Positions 12,770 to 24,160 of a stretch of DNA of 64,000 bases are shown piece by piece. The DNA is from Octopus bimaculoides. Taxonomy: Eukaryota. Position 1 is the stretch's first letter. Each line of letters opens with the position of its first letter. The position numbers and the translations under genes were made by a program. Location of the stretch: contig NC_068986.1 of assembly GCF_001194135.2 (NCBI RefSeq), forward strand, positions 383,190-447,189, written 5' to 3'. The notes beneath the pieces are model-generated. The model did no database searches. It was not told where the DNA came from and saw only the letters and a program-made list of their open reading frames with translations.

Positions 12770-14230
12770 ATTGGCAAGATATAATAAAACGTTAGGCGGA
12801 ACGCTTTAATAAAGATGTGCTCAACAATGAATCAAATTAAGACATGAATCTACTTGATAATCTTTCTCAGAATTTTGTGATGCAATCTCTTGCATCAGCA
12901 TCATCTGTTACGGATGTAGATGTTAAAATATTTATGAACAGGTATCTATCGGAAATCCCCTGAAGATGTCACATTACCAGAAGAAATTGTTTTAATATGG
13001 CGGTAATACTCTGACTAAAACATTCACTGAGATATTAATAAATATATGGACTCAGGATTAATCCCACAACAATTTATAGATGATACAATAGTCCATTTGT
13101 ATGAATAGAAAGACAACAAATGTGAATGTGATAACGATCGTGACATCGTATTCCTTTCCGTTGCTAGAAAAAGCCTCTGAAAACTGATTTTAAATAGAAT
13201 AAATGCTGACTTAGTGAATAGTTTATTTCTTGAAAGCCAGTGCGGCTTCAGGGTTGGTCGTAGAAAAATAGATATAAATAATATTTAGCTTTCGGTGCGT
13301 GCAGGAAAATGCTCGCGAACATGAAAAAGGCCTTTGTCATGGCATGTCGTGAAGCATTATGAAAGATCTTGACAAAGCTTGGGATACCTGAATAAATGTT
13401 GAATTTAATTATAGCTTTGCACAGGGACATAAAAGCTTTTGTTACCTTAAATGGGGATCCATCACAGCCATTTGAAGTGGCAAATGGTACACAACAAGAG
13501 TGTGTGCTGGTACCGTTGCTGTTAGCATTAGATTTGCAGTCATAATTGATCATGCTTTTGCTAATGTTACAAAAAGTGTTTCTGTGGAATAACGTACAAC
13601 TGGAGGAACTTACAATCAGCAGCGGTTTAAAGGTAAGATAAGAATATGCTTTCAAACTCTAAGAACCTTGCTATTTGCAGATGACTGTGCACTGCTGACC
13701 CATTCTCTTGAAGACATCCAATTGATACGAAACAAATTTGCTGCAGTTGCTAGATCTTTCGGCCTGATGATAAGCATTAAAAAGACCGAAGTCTTCTTTC
13801 AGCCATGTCCAGGTAACATTCCGGAGATTAAGCCTCGAGTGTTTGTAGAATGGAAAGCTCTGAAAACAGCCAGTCCTTTCGCCTGTCTCGATTCTGTTGT
13901 GACAAGTGATGCTAAACTTGATATAGAAATTGAAACACGTATACGCAAAGCAAATTAAGCTTTAGGTAAACTGCACCAGAGAGTCTGGAATGCCCATGAG
14001 GTCTCTATTAAAAATACAGGCAGAAATTCGGACACTCCACCTCATTCCCATTGGAAGCATATTAATAAATTAAATAACGAGATACTTGAGACAAATATAC
14101 AAAATAAAATGGGGTGACAGAGTGAGGAATAGTGATATTTTGTCGATGTCTAATATCCCTAGCATAGAAACTTTCCTAATCAGGACTCAACTGAGATCAA
14201 GTTTTGCGAATGAATAATGATAGAATTCCA
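12770..14230 (+). mobile_element. decayed RTE-clade LINE, reverse transcriptase region
   Basis: Motifs ESQCGFRVGR and LFADDCALL...FGLMISIKKTEV (ORF 13668-13958); many stops and frameshifts. Confidence 0.92.
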
Positions 14231-14430
14231 AAGCATGAAAAGAGAATACTAATAATAGATGGATTATAATTCAGTCTTTGAACTCGGTTTTCAAGGCAGA
14301 TAATCATAGCCATAACATGTCAAACAATAGCATTTTTGCAAGTTTCAGTATAACATAGGAGTTTCTATGTGTTTGTTCGACATTTTAGAAATAACAGAGG
14401 AATCTCTATCAAATGACATCTTTTTAAAGT

Positions 14431-14718
14431 CTACCTCGAACCTGCAGGCTCATCAGGTTTATGGTTATCTAGATAATCAGTGTTTAAGGTACTAGATTTC
14501 CTCCTGGGCGAGATGCGAATATCATTGGTGTTAAACTTTCTCTCCCAGCTGCCACTGGTATTCATTTTCAGTTGAATGTGCTGGAACAACGAGAAAGAAA
14601 GTGTGTTGCTCAAGGATACAAGATAAAAGAGACGTTTGCACATATAATTCCTGAATGCAAAATATTGGCTGAGAGGATCTTTAAGAACTGGAGCCCTGAC
14701 ATGGTTATTACAAAACAA
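14431..14718 (-). mobile_element. possible decayed Penelope-like 3' region
   Basis: 95-aa ORF with KDPLSQYFAFRNY, weakly like a GIY-YIG C-terminus, and CTGATGA at 14456-14450 with no downstream GAAA. Confidence 0.25.
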
Positions 14719-14744
14719 AATCTGTAAAACTATGGATTTTTACG

Positions 14745-14975
14745 TATCTTTTATCTTTTATCTCCTATCTTTTACTTGTTTCAGTCATTTGACTGCAGCC
14801 GTATTGAGTTTGAGTCTAACAAATCGACCCCAGGACTTATTTTTTTAAGACTAGTACTTTACTCTATCGGTCTCTTTTGCCGAACCGCTAGCTTACGGAG
14901 CTGTAAACACGCCAACACTGGTTGTCAAGAGGTAGTGGGGGACAAACACAGACACAAAGACAAGCACACACACAT
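14745..14975 (-). mobile_element. SINE family A, 3' half
   Basis: Reverse complement of the 11760-11968 sequence (TTTTACTTGTTTCAGTCATTTGACTGC...). Confidence 0.9.
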
Positions 14976-15341
14976 ACACGCACATACATATATCTTTATA
15001 TTAATTTACTTGTTCATTCGCCCTTTATACATTAATTAATTAGAGAGATGGAGGTGGTGTGAGTGAGAGGTGGAATAAGAGTGAGGCAGAGAGAGGGAGG
15101 AGGGAAAAAAGAAGAGAGGAAGAAGTAGAGAAAGGTGATTAGTATGAATACACTTAGGTCAGCTGAAGGTGGAGGCGAAGAACGGGCGAGAAAAAGAGGG
15201 AAAAAGAGGTGGAGAAAAAGAGGGAAAGAGAAGTGTTAAGGACGTGCGGTGGGGGTGAGGAAGGGATATTTATTACGCGGTTAAAAATTAGCTGAAGGGA
15301 AAGGTAGATTGAGAGAGATGGACAGGGGAGGCAGTTAAATT

Positions 15342-15380
<39 letters not shown>

Positions 15381-15892
15381 GGAGAGAGAGAGAGAGAGAG
15401 AGAGAGGCAGATTGTGTTGGTAGTGAAATTTTTTTATTGGACTAATTTTCTTAAAGCGTCCATTGCACACGCATAAGTGCAATTATTTATCATTTGCTCG
15501 CTTAAAAAAATTGTTACTTGTTTATAGGGGTTAATTTAGCCTAAACTCTGAATTCACAAGAAACGAGGTTGCAAGCTGCCCGAGAAAGCCTGCACAGAGA
15601 GGAACAGTGAGAAGATACAATAAAAAGAGATAAAAGACAACACCAAGCTTCTTCCAGAAGATATCGTTTAAAATGGCCATATAAAGATACTACGGGATGT
15701 GAAACGTGAAACGGATAAGCAAGTAGAACATTCACACCCAAATATTGTGGAACTCAGTAAAGAAGAAAGAATATGTTTAATCAATGTTGTGTACCCGTTT
15801 CATACATGAATACAAAAAAGAATATGACAACAAAAATACCATGACCTAAAATACAAACTTAAAAGATGCTGTATCATTACCAGTTCAAATAT

Positions 15893-16230
15893 TAAACAGT
15901 TCTGCATTTAAGAGATGAGGAATTATGTACATTGTTTACATTTGACGGATATTTGTCAAAGAGCATTGTACAGGCATATGGCGTAGTGGGTGAGAGCGCA
16001 GGCTACTAACCCCCAGATTCCGTGTTCGATTCCAGGCAGTGACCTGATTACTAATAATGATAATAACAACATCAAAAAATACCTTGGGAATGAGAACCCA
16101 GGTTCGAAATTTCCCCAAGACATCTGATGAAGGCTGGAGAGTATATCAGCCGAAACGTTGTGTTAGCAACAAACAAGATGAGGACAAATATCCGTCAAAT
16201 GTAAATAATGTACATAATGTAAATAATGTG
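15893..16230 (+). mobile_element. composite retroposon: inverted 3'-end copy, tRNA-like head, (AAT)n linker and hammerhead-bearing Penelope-like tail
   Basis: A box TGGCGTAGTGG at 15979-15989; B box GTTCGATTCC at 16024-16033; hammerhead at 16119-16164. 15922-15957 is a 35/36 inverted match to 16183-16218. CAGTTCAAATAT is directly repeated at 15881-15892 and 16231-16242. Confidence 0.8.
16119..16164 (+). ncRNA. minimal type I hammerhead ribozyme motif
   Basis: GACAT-CTGATGA-A-GGCTG(gagagtatat)CAGCC-GAAAC-GTT-GTGTT. Stem I is GACAT/GTGTT, stem II has 5 bp and stem III is the palindrome AACGTT. Predicted cleavage is after 16159. Confidence 0.75.
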
Positions 16231-16333
16231 CAGTTCAAATATGTTCGTCGCAAATTTGGACTCGTAAATAAGCCATTCACTGTGTTTTGCCATGGAGAAA
16301 ATTCCTCGCTGCAGACCGTATAAATACATCGAA

Positions 16334-16487
16334 ATCAGTTCGCAGCGCCACCTATCTAGACTTTAAGTTGCAAACATTTCAGAGTGGTTATCTCCTTTTC
16401 GGTCACTATCACTAGGCAGTGAGAAACTGCGAACTGATAAAAGAGATTATTTCTTTGATGCCATGTCAGTAACCGCGCGGTGACTGA
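16334..16487. repeat. 12-bp inverted repeat pair followed by a GC-rich hairpin
   Basis: ATCAGTTCGCAG (16334-16345) and CTGCGAACTGAT (16427-16438); hairpin TCAGTAACCG-cg-CGGTGACTGA (16466-16487, 9/10 paired). Confidence 0.7.
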
Positions 16488-16834
16488 TCAGCGCTATGCG
16501 GCGACTCACCGTAAGCAAGTTATGGAGTTGTGAGCGCTAAGCATTGACGTCTATAAATGCAATTTTATTACCAGTTCAAATATGCTTGTGGCACGTTAGC
16601 ACAGCTTAGCACTCCCCCTCCGTAAACTTAAAAGAATCTACACCATCAAGAATCGACACCACAACCTAACGACCGTGAACCAAATACCCAAGAAAACTAA
16701 GCTACGTGCCTTTGCAGATCACGTCTTGCCATCTTAAAGACCGGACGTATTGCATAGTGAAGTATTAGAAAAAACTATTAGAAAAATTACTATTTGTAAA
16801 TCTCACAATGAGAGATATTCAGCAACAGTTCTTT

Positions 16835-16981
16835 GCAGTAAAGATTATTTGCCAACATAGCATGGCAGTTCGAGTTTAGGACGAATGTTGGTGTAACTTA
16901 GATGTCACCTGAGGCTAAATTACAGCACCATTCGTCCTAAACCAGGACTGCCATGTTATGTTGACAAATAATCTTTACTCC
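16835..16981. repeat. fold-back (MITE-like) palindrome with 67-bp arms and a 13-nt loop
   Basis: Manual alignment of 16835-16901 with the reverse complement of 16915-16981 gives 58/67 identity and no indels. Confidence 0.9.
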
Positions 16982-17203
16982 AATAGAAAAACTATGTTTG
17001 GAAGAAAATGGAATGGCCTGTGATCAGATTTTCGCAATCATCTTTGGCCTGGAACTAAAAGCAATAATGTTTGCGATAGAGACAAATGAAGAGCTGTTAG
17101 CCAATCTTCGACAAACTGAACGTTTGATAGCAGCTGATACACGAATGTCGAGAAAAGTATTCATTCATAAAATGTATCTGTGTGTGTGTGTGCGCGCGCG
17201 CGT

Positions 17204-17258
<55 letters not shown>

Positions 17259-17265
17259 TATATAC

Positions 17266-17299
<34 letters not shown>

Positions 17300-17328
17300 G
17301 CGAATGTCGAGAAACGTATTCATTCATA

Positions 17329-17368
<40 letters not shown>

Positions 17369-18052
17369 AATTCCAGTTTTCATGAGTTATGTAGGTTAAT
17401 TTTGAATGCGTCGTGTCTGTGCATATGTGGTATCCGCGAAGATGACTAAGATCGCTACTGTACGATGTTAAATCATGAGATAATTGTGAGAGATAATTGT
17501 TCGGAAATAAGGATTGTCTGATGAGAGGATAAATAACATGCGTTTGGTGCCAACTGTGTCATTGGCCTTCAAGGCATTTTCTGAGCTTTCAATGTTGTTT
17601 TCGCATTAGAAACCGTTCCACTGTTATGTAATACATCGGTGTCCTCACAAACCACGTGCTTTCCACGCCAACGCACGTTGACTCGCAGAGATCGGCTTGT
17701 TGTTATTGTTAGTAAGACGAAGAGACTGTTATGTGTGTGCATGTGCGTGTGTGTTGTGTGTATGCATGTGTGTATGTGTGGGCTTGTGTCTGTGTGTGTG
17801 TCTGATTATGTGTGTGGGCACGTGCACATATACTTATAGATATGTTCATATATATATGTGTGGGCGTGTGTGTGTGTATAAAATTTGTAGTATAAGATAT
17901 TAGACCACGTAGTAGTCCATTACAGAGACGTTTAATACAGTCTCCATGCAACTGAAATCCAGAGGCCCGCTCAATGAAATTACATAAGTACGTGCCATGC
18001 GTGCGCGCGTGTGTGTGTGTGTGTCAGAGAGAGAGAGAGAGTGAGTGCATGT

Positions 18053-18262
18053 CCTTTATCTTCTGTCCTTTACTTGTTTCAGTCATTTGACTACGGCCAT
18101 GCATCAAGGGTTTTAGTTGAACAAATCAACCCCAAGACCTTTTTAAAGCCTGGTACTTATTCTATCGGTCCTTTTTGCCAAACCGTTAAATATGGGGACG
18201 TAAACATACCAACACTGGTTGTCAAAAGGTGGTGGGGACGAAAAGAAACGCAAATACACACA
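18053..18262 (-). mobile_element. SINE family A, 3' half
   Basis: CTTTTACTTGTTTCAGTCATTTGACTACGGCCATGC...GGGGACGTAAACATACCAACACTGGTTGTCAA. Confidence 0.9.
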
Positions 18263-18405
18263 CATATAATACACACATACACACCTACACACACATACAC
18301 ACCTACACACACATACATATATATATATGTGAGCGTCTGCAAATACACTACATGTACCACGTCCTCGCGTTGTTGTTTTTTGTGTTTGTCCTTTTTTTGA
18401 TTTAC

Positions 18406-18485
<80 letters not shown>

Positions 18486-19699
18486 GGACGCATCCAACTG
18501 TTCAGGAGAAGAGTTTTCTCTTGATATCTGATGAGGTGAACGTATCCCACATGGCGATGAATTTAAGAAGTACCCAGATTCAAGTAAAGTTTTAGAACCC
18601 CTGTCCTCCCGTTCAAGCAATGTTTGTATCATCTCTCGTTGACGTATGGTCTAGACTTCCAGGGGCTTCCATTTAATCCTGTATAACGTTCACTCTTCTT
18701 TTAAACACCATGTGTAGCTACCCAAAGGTGTAACGTTGTGCCTCCCTGAGATCCTAAAAGATTTTTGTTGTTTAACTCTAACCAAGGGAACCTGTGAGCA
18801 AAACTATTGCAGCTGTGACCACATTATCTAATGTCGACTTTTTATTTACACGATGGAGTGTGCTTTCAGTGGTTTATTCTTATTTATTTATTTATTTATT
18901 TATCGGTATACAAGTGATAACACAGCGGTTTCTTTGTGGTAGCCACGTATTTTAGTATACATAATAAATAAATTATGTAGCGACATGAGTAAAAAATATG
19001 CAATATATTAAACATGTAGCCCACTTTGTGAGATAATGCGTACATCACCTGTCTAGCCACGTGTATAATATGCATACGCGTGTAACCGAGAATGTAGAAT
19101 TCATATACTATACAATATAAAACGTAATTAGCCATGTTTGTCGAATGTATAGGCTACATTTACAAGCAAGATTATAAAATACACACAACTCGAATTTAGG
19201 TCAACATGTGAGTAGTCCGGTGATTTTCAGAATCCGTCCTCGTAATACTTGGATCCCTCTTGGTTTCATTTTGGTTTCGTCCATTGTTGTCCTGCGACTT
19301 TGACTTCCATCTTCTTCCGACGTCTATGAAATGAGTTGCCATACAAATTTACCGGAGGTCGATAGTTATCTAATAGATCGATTAAAAGCAATGCCCCAAT
19401 GTTGGCGACAATCCAACAGCTGATACCAGTTAAACGAATAAAGAAATACGTTTAAAACAGAAAATAAAAACAGTGAAAACACAACGTAAGGAAGTTGAAT
19501 TAACAGTCATGTTGTGTATTTCTCGTTATCAATCTGATCTTCACAAATTTACTCTTTCTTCTATAACTCTATATAATACAATACGTAATCAAAATTTATC
19601 ACAGTGTAATGGAAGCAATGGAAGATTGGTGTTTTATTGGTTTCTCAGAACATTAACGACTTTCTTTTGCATGGCGTCCATGGATGGGGTTCATTTTAT

Positions 19700-20060
19700 T
19701 GGATAATTGGTGTATGAGTTTATTCCTGTGTGTTTTGTGGATAGCGTTGCATTGTAGTATTCGTGTATCACTTCATTTTAGTCAGCGACATCTGTCCATC
19801 GTTCTTTTTTACATACATACATACATACACTGGGTATTTTTAAGAAAATGCCTTTTATTACTTTATTACTTGTCGTCGTCATCAGTTTTTCGTTCTTGGT
19901 TGGTTTTGTTATTCATTTGGGCAGCGACATTAAGCGATAGGTCCTCCTTCACAGCGTTAACTTGAGAGACCACCGCCTCTGGATATTTATTGAGTGAGTT
20001 TATTCTTGTGTGTTCTGGGTATAGCATTGCATTGTGGTATACGTACATCGCTTCAATGTA
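19700..20060. repeat. unclassified interspersed repeat with an internal duplication of about 60 bp
   Basis: TGAGTTTATTC(C/T)TGTGTGTT...TTGCATTGT occurs at about 19716 and 19995, with a related copy near 30165-30205. Confidence 0.55.
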
Positions 20061-20099
20061 ATCGTCATCATCTCTTCAACGTTCTCTTTTAACACTGGT

Positions 20100-20770
20100 A
20101 ATCTATTTCTTTCTTCTTTATTCGTTGCTTCCTGCAACCCGTTGCTGACCTGTGGGGTTATATCGAACAGCTGCTGTCGCGTGTAGAACGGATCCGTCTG
20201 TAGGCCAAGTCCACAGTAAAGATTACCCCGCCACCCTCTTTTAATCGGACAGGCAAAGCAGTTTTCCTGTGCCTGATTCCATAAATGTTCCATCGGATTC
20301 AAATCTGGGCTCTGCAGAAGCCACTCAATAACAACCATATTATTGCGCTCAAAATACTGCAAAACTTTCCGAGCCTTATGAACGGGGCAATTGTCCTGCT
20401 GGAAAATAGATCCCGATGGCATTTGATTGTTTAAATATGGCAGGACATTTTCATTTACTAATTGCAGATAACCTACATTGTTCAGTCTGCCATCAGCCTT
20501 CACAACTGGACCAACAACTAAGCTGCTGAACGCCGCCCACACCATTACCCCTCGACCTTCCGCTTGCGCCGTTTTTTTGACACAGGATGGAATCCTTCAG
20601 TTGGATGGCGTCTAACAAAAGTCTTTCCGTCTGATCCAAAGATGCAGAAGTGGGATTCGTCGCTCCTTTTGACAAGTCTTCGGCTGTCCATTCAATATGG
20701 TCTTTAGCAAACTTGATCCGCTTCTGCCGATTCATCTCAGAAATTATCGGCTTACGGATATATCTTCTGA
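20100..20770 (-). mobile_element. Tc1-family transposase pseudogene (DD34E)
   Basis: MVWAAFS...FQQDNCPVH...WLLQSPDLNPMEHLW has 34 residues between D and E; the upstream RQKRIKFAKDHIEWT is in another frame. Confidence 0.92.
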
Positions 20771-21135
20771 GAGTGACTTTATTTACTTACCACAGGATAG
20801 AATGCCATGGATTATAACTCATTAAAATGAAGTTCTTACTTTTCCTTACCATGTCTATTACATTACAATACATTATTATTTTTTTTTTTTACCTATTTTA
20901 TTCTACTATATCTTATTTTACCCAACTCTATTATTCTAACTGAATTTCTCACATGTTAGTTTCCTAACATTTGTACTCTCTGAGGAACGGCTCAACCATT
21001 ATCCAATCTCTGTCCAATGTTTGTTCATCCCTGTATATCACTAACGTGATGAGGATGACTTGGAAGATTCGGAGACCTCATGGTAGAAACGGCCGTAAGG
21101 GATTTATATCTGCACGTTCATCTATTATTATTCAT

Positions 21136-21186
<51 letters not shown>

Positions 21187-21204
21187 TATCTCTCTCTCTG
21201 TATG

Positions 21205-21239
<35 letters not shown>

Positions 21240-21818
21240 NNNNNNNNNNNNNNNNNNNNNNNNNNNNNNNNNNNNNNNNNNNNNNNNNNNNNNNNNNNNN
21301 NNNNNNNNNNNNNNNNNNNNNNNNNNNNNNNNNNNNNNNNNNNNNNNNNNNNNNNNNNNNNNNNNNNNNNNNNNNNNNNNNNNNNNNNNNNNNNNNNNNN
21401 NNNNNNNNNNNNNNNNNNNNNNNNNNNNNNNNNNNNNNNNNNNNNNNNNNNNNNNNNNNNNNNNNNNNNNNNNNNNNNNNNNNNNNNNNNNNNNNNNNNN
21501 NNNNNNNNNNNNNNNNNNNNNNNNNNNNNNNNNNNNNNNNNNNNNNNNNNNNNNNNNNNNNNNNNNNNNNNNNNNNNNNNNNNNNNNNNNNNNNNNNNNN
21601 NNNNNNNNNNNNNNNNNNNNNNNNNNNNNNNNNNNNNNNNNNNNNNNNNNNNNNNNNNNNNNNNNNNNNNNNNNNNNNNNNNNNNNNNNNNNNNNNNNNN
21701 NNNNNNNNNNNNNNNNNNNNNNNNNNNNNNNNNNNNNNNNNNNNNNNNNNNNNNNNNNNNNNNNNNNNNNNNNNNNNNNNNNNNNNNNNNNNNNNNNNNN
21801 NNNNNNNNNNNNNNNNNN

Positions 21819-21864
<46 letters not shown>

Positions 21865-22639
21865 CACTTGCACGAATACATCATGCACATATAACAAAAG
21901 TGGCTACTTTCATACATACATATATACATACGTGTGTGCATACACACCTATATTCATGAATGCATGTAATGAGATACTGAGAATCTACTGATTGATATTT
22001 GGAGATTAGAGATTTCCATCAACAAAGAATTGCATCTTAAAACTGTTCCAAAACTGTAATGAATTCTTTGACAGGTAAATTGTGTTCTTCATTTAACAAG
22101 GGTAATTATATTACAAAATAATACTTTGGTATAAATTATTATGCGAAACATTTTGATAATGCAAAAATTTCACTTAACACTTCAAAATGACGTCCGCTGG
22201 GCAGATGACGCATGGTGGCGGTTAATATCTCCATGAAAACACTTGGAGAATAGAAATTCTCCAAGTGTAGCTGCTTCATTTTGCTTGCGTTTTTAATGTT
22301 CTTAAGAAAGGTGCTTGCCTCTGTGTGTGTGCGCGTGTGCGTGTGTTGCATATATATGTCAGCTGTTCTGCTGATCGTATCAGCTGGAACCCTCGTCACC
22401 GTAACCGATGGAGTGCACCTTTTTTTTACATACATACATATATATATATATAAATACATACACACACACACGCTTACACATAAATATATATGTATGTGTG
22501 TACACGTGCGCGCGCGTGTTATATCTGTTTCTCATTTCAAGTAATAAATATAGTTTATTTTACATTAATAAATGGCAGCGGTGTGGAAAGTTAAGAAATT
22601 GGCTCTATTTGCGCAGGACGAAGGGGTTAGTAGGAGGAA

Positions 22640-23464
22640 TTACACTGGTCCCAGTATTCCTGCCATTTTTGGAAACCAGCCTGGAAGTCGTTTTCCGTAA
22701 GCGAGTCGCGGATCTTCTGCGATTCGCTCTTGATCTCGACAACGGTGTTAAAACGGCGGCCTTTGAGCTGCATTTTCATCTTGGGGAAGAGATGGAAGTC
22801 CGTAGGTGCTGAATCTGGTGGACATGGTTGGTGCGGAAGCGATGCCATGTTGTTTTTGGCGATCAGTTCACAAGTGAAGAGAGCTTGGTGCCAGGGTGCT
22901 TTGTTGTCGTGAAGAATCCAATTCTTCGTGCTCCACAGATCCGGACGTTATCGCTGAATGTTCTCCTTGAAACGCTTCAAGACTTCGCAGCAGGATTCTC
23001 TATTGACAGTCTGGCCGTAGTGGACGAATTCTCGATGCGCAATACCACATTTTCCGGGTGACTCACGTGACAGGTCTTCCAGATCGCTCATCGTCTTCCA
23101 GAGACGTTCTTTCGTTTTTTTGAAGCGCCCTTACCACTCGAAACATTGTATACGACCTGTTGCCTCGTCGCCGCAAGTTTGCCAATGCATGTTCGACGTC
23201 TTTGTAACAGACTTCATAACTTTAACGCAAACTTTCGCGGTGGGACTTTGTTCCAACTTCCTGTGCTTGACAAGAATCACAGACTACAGTATATGCGTGA
23301 TCACAAAAATAGAAGTTTTACAACTTACGAAGTAAACACAGCAATATCACTCAGCACACTGCGTCATGAAGATCACTGGATCCTCTTACTACACACGCAG
23401 CCATATGCTGTCATCTGTTTTCGCGCTACAGAACTAGTTCGGGAACTTTTCTGATACCGCCTCG
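22640..23464 (-). mobile_element. internally deleted mariner element with a 5' TIR
   Basis: DFHLFPKMKMQLKGRRFNTVVEI and SLEDDERSGRP. TIR CGAGGCGGTATCAGAAAAGTTCCCGAACTAG begins at 23464, next to TA. Confidence 0.92.
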
Positions 23465-24024
23465 TATATAAATGTTTGTTTTGTTTGTTGTTGTTGTTTT
23501 GCTTTTAAAAACCTGCAAAAACAAGCTACAAATTAAAAACACAAGTGAAAGTATCAAAGTGAAACACAATGAAAAGTGTTTAAAGAATGCTCTTCAATAA
23601 TTAACATCAAATGAAAATCAACACGAAACTTTTGGGGAAAAAATTATATTTATGAATAGATAAGAATTTTACTTTGCATATATATTTTTCGGAACTAACG
23701 TAACTTATACACACTCAAAGAGCACTCAGTGAATTCTTTAACCAAAACACAAGATGCATAAATACGAGACTACTGTTGTAAAGAAAATGGAGCAGAGGAC
23801 TTGCAGTCTTATAGTTGAACAAAAGCAATTGGTCATATTTCTTTAAAATATTGTTGGAAACAAATAGAAAAACAAATATACATTAGTCACAATCTATCAT
23901 TTATTCAACTTGACGTACTTAAATGTCGATTTACAATCTCTATAAACAAACGAATACAATTTTTTTTCTACATCTATTGCGTGGAGTGTGTTTAGGTAAA
24001 TTGGTGAATTTATATAGTGAAAGT

Positions 24025-24160
24025 GCATGACCGAATGGTTAGAATGTATGGTTTATGATCATAATGCCGTGGAATCAGTTCTTGGATCGAGTTGCATGTT
24101 CTGTCTTTGAGCAAGGTACTTCATTTTACGTTGCTATAATCTGCTCAGTTGTAACGAGAG
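24025..24160 (+). mobile_element. tRNA-derived SINE family C, degenerate 5' part
   Basis: GCATGACCGAATGGTTAG head and TCTTTGAGCAAGGTACTTCATTTTACGTTGC core. Confidence 0.65.

Noticed and set aside
15973-16045. tRNA gene
   Set aside because: It has A and B boxes but no convincing acceptor stem, and it runs into a repeat body; treated as a SINE head, as are the other tRNA-like heads
18528-18560. Hammerhead at CTGATGA
   Set aside because: No GAAA follows the possible stem II; other CTGANGA hits (about 17518, 31246, 35658, 44377) fail in the same way
20000-20545. Intact Tc1 transposase gene
   Set aside because: The N-terminal part is in another frame, the C-terminus diverges and no TIRs were found
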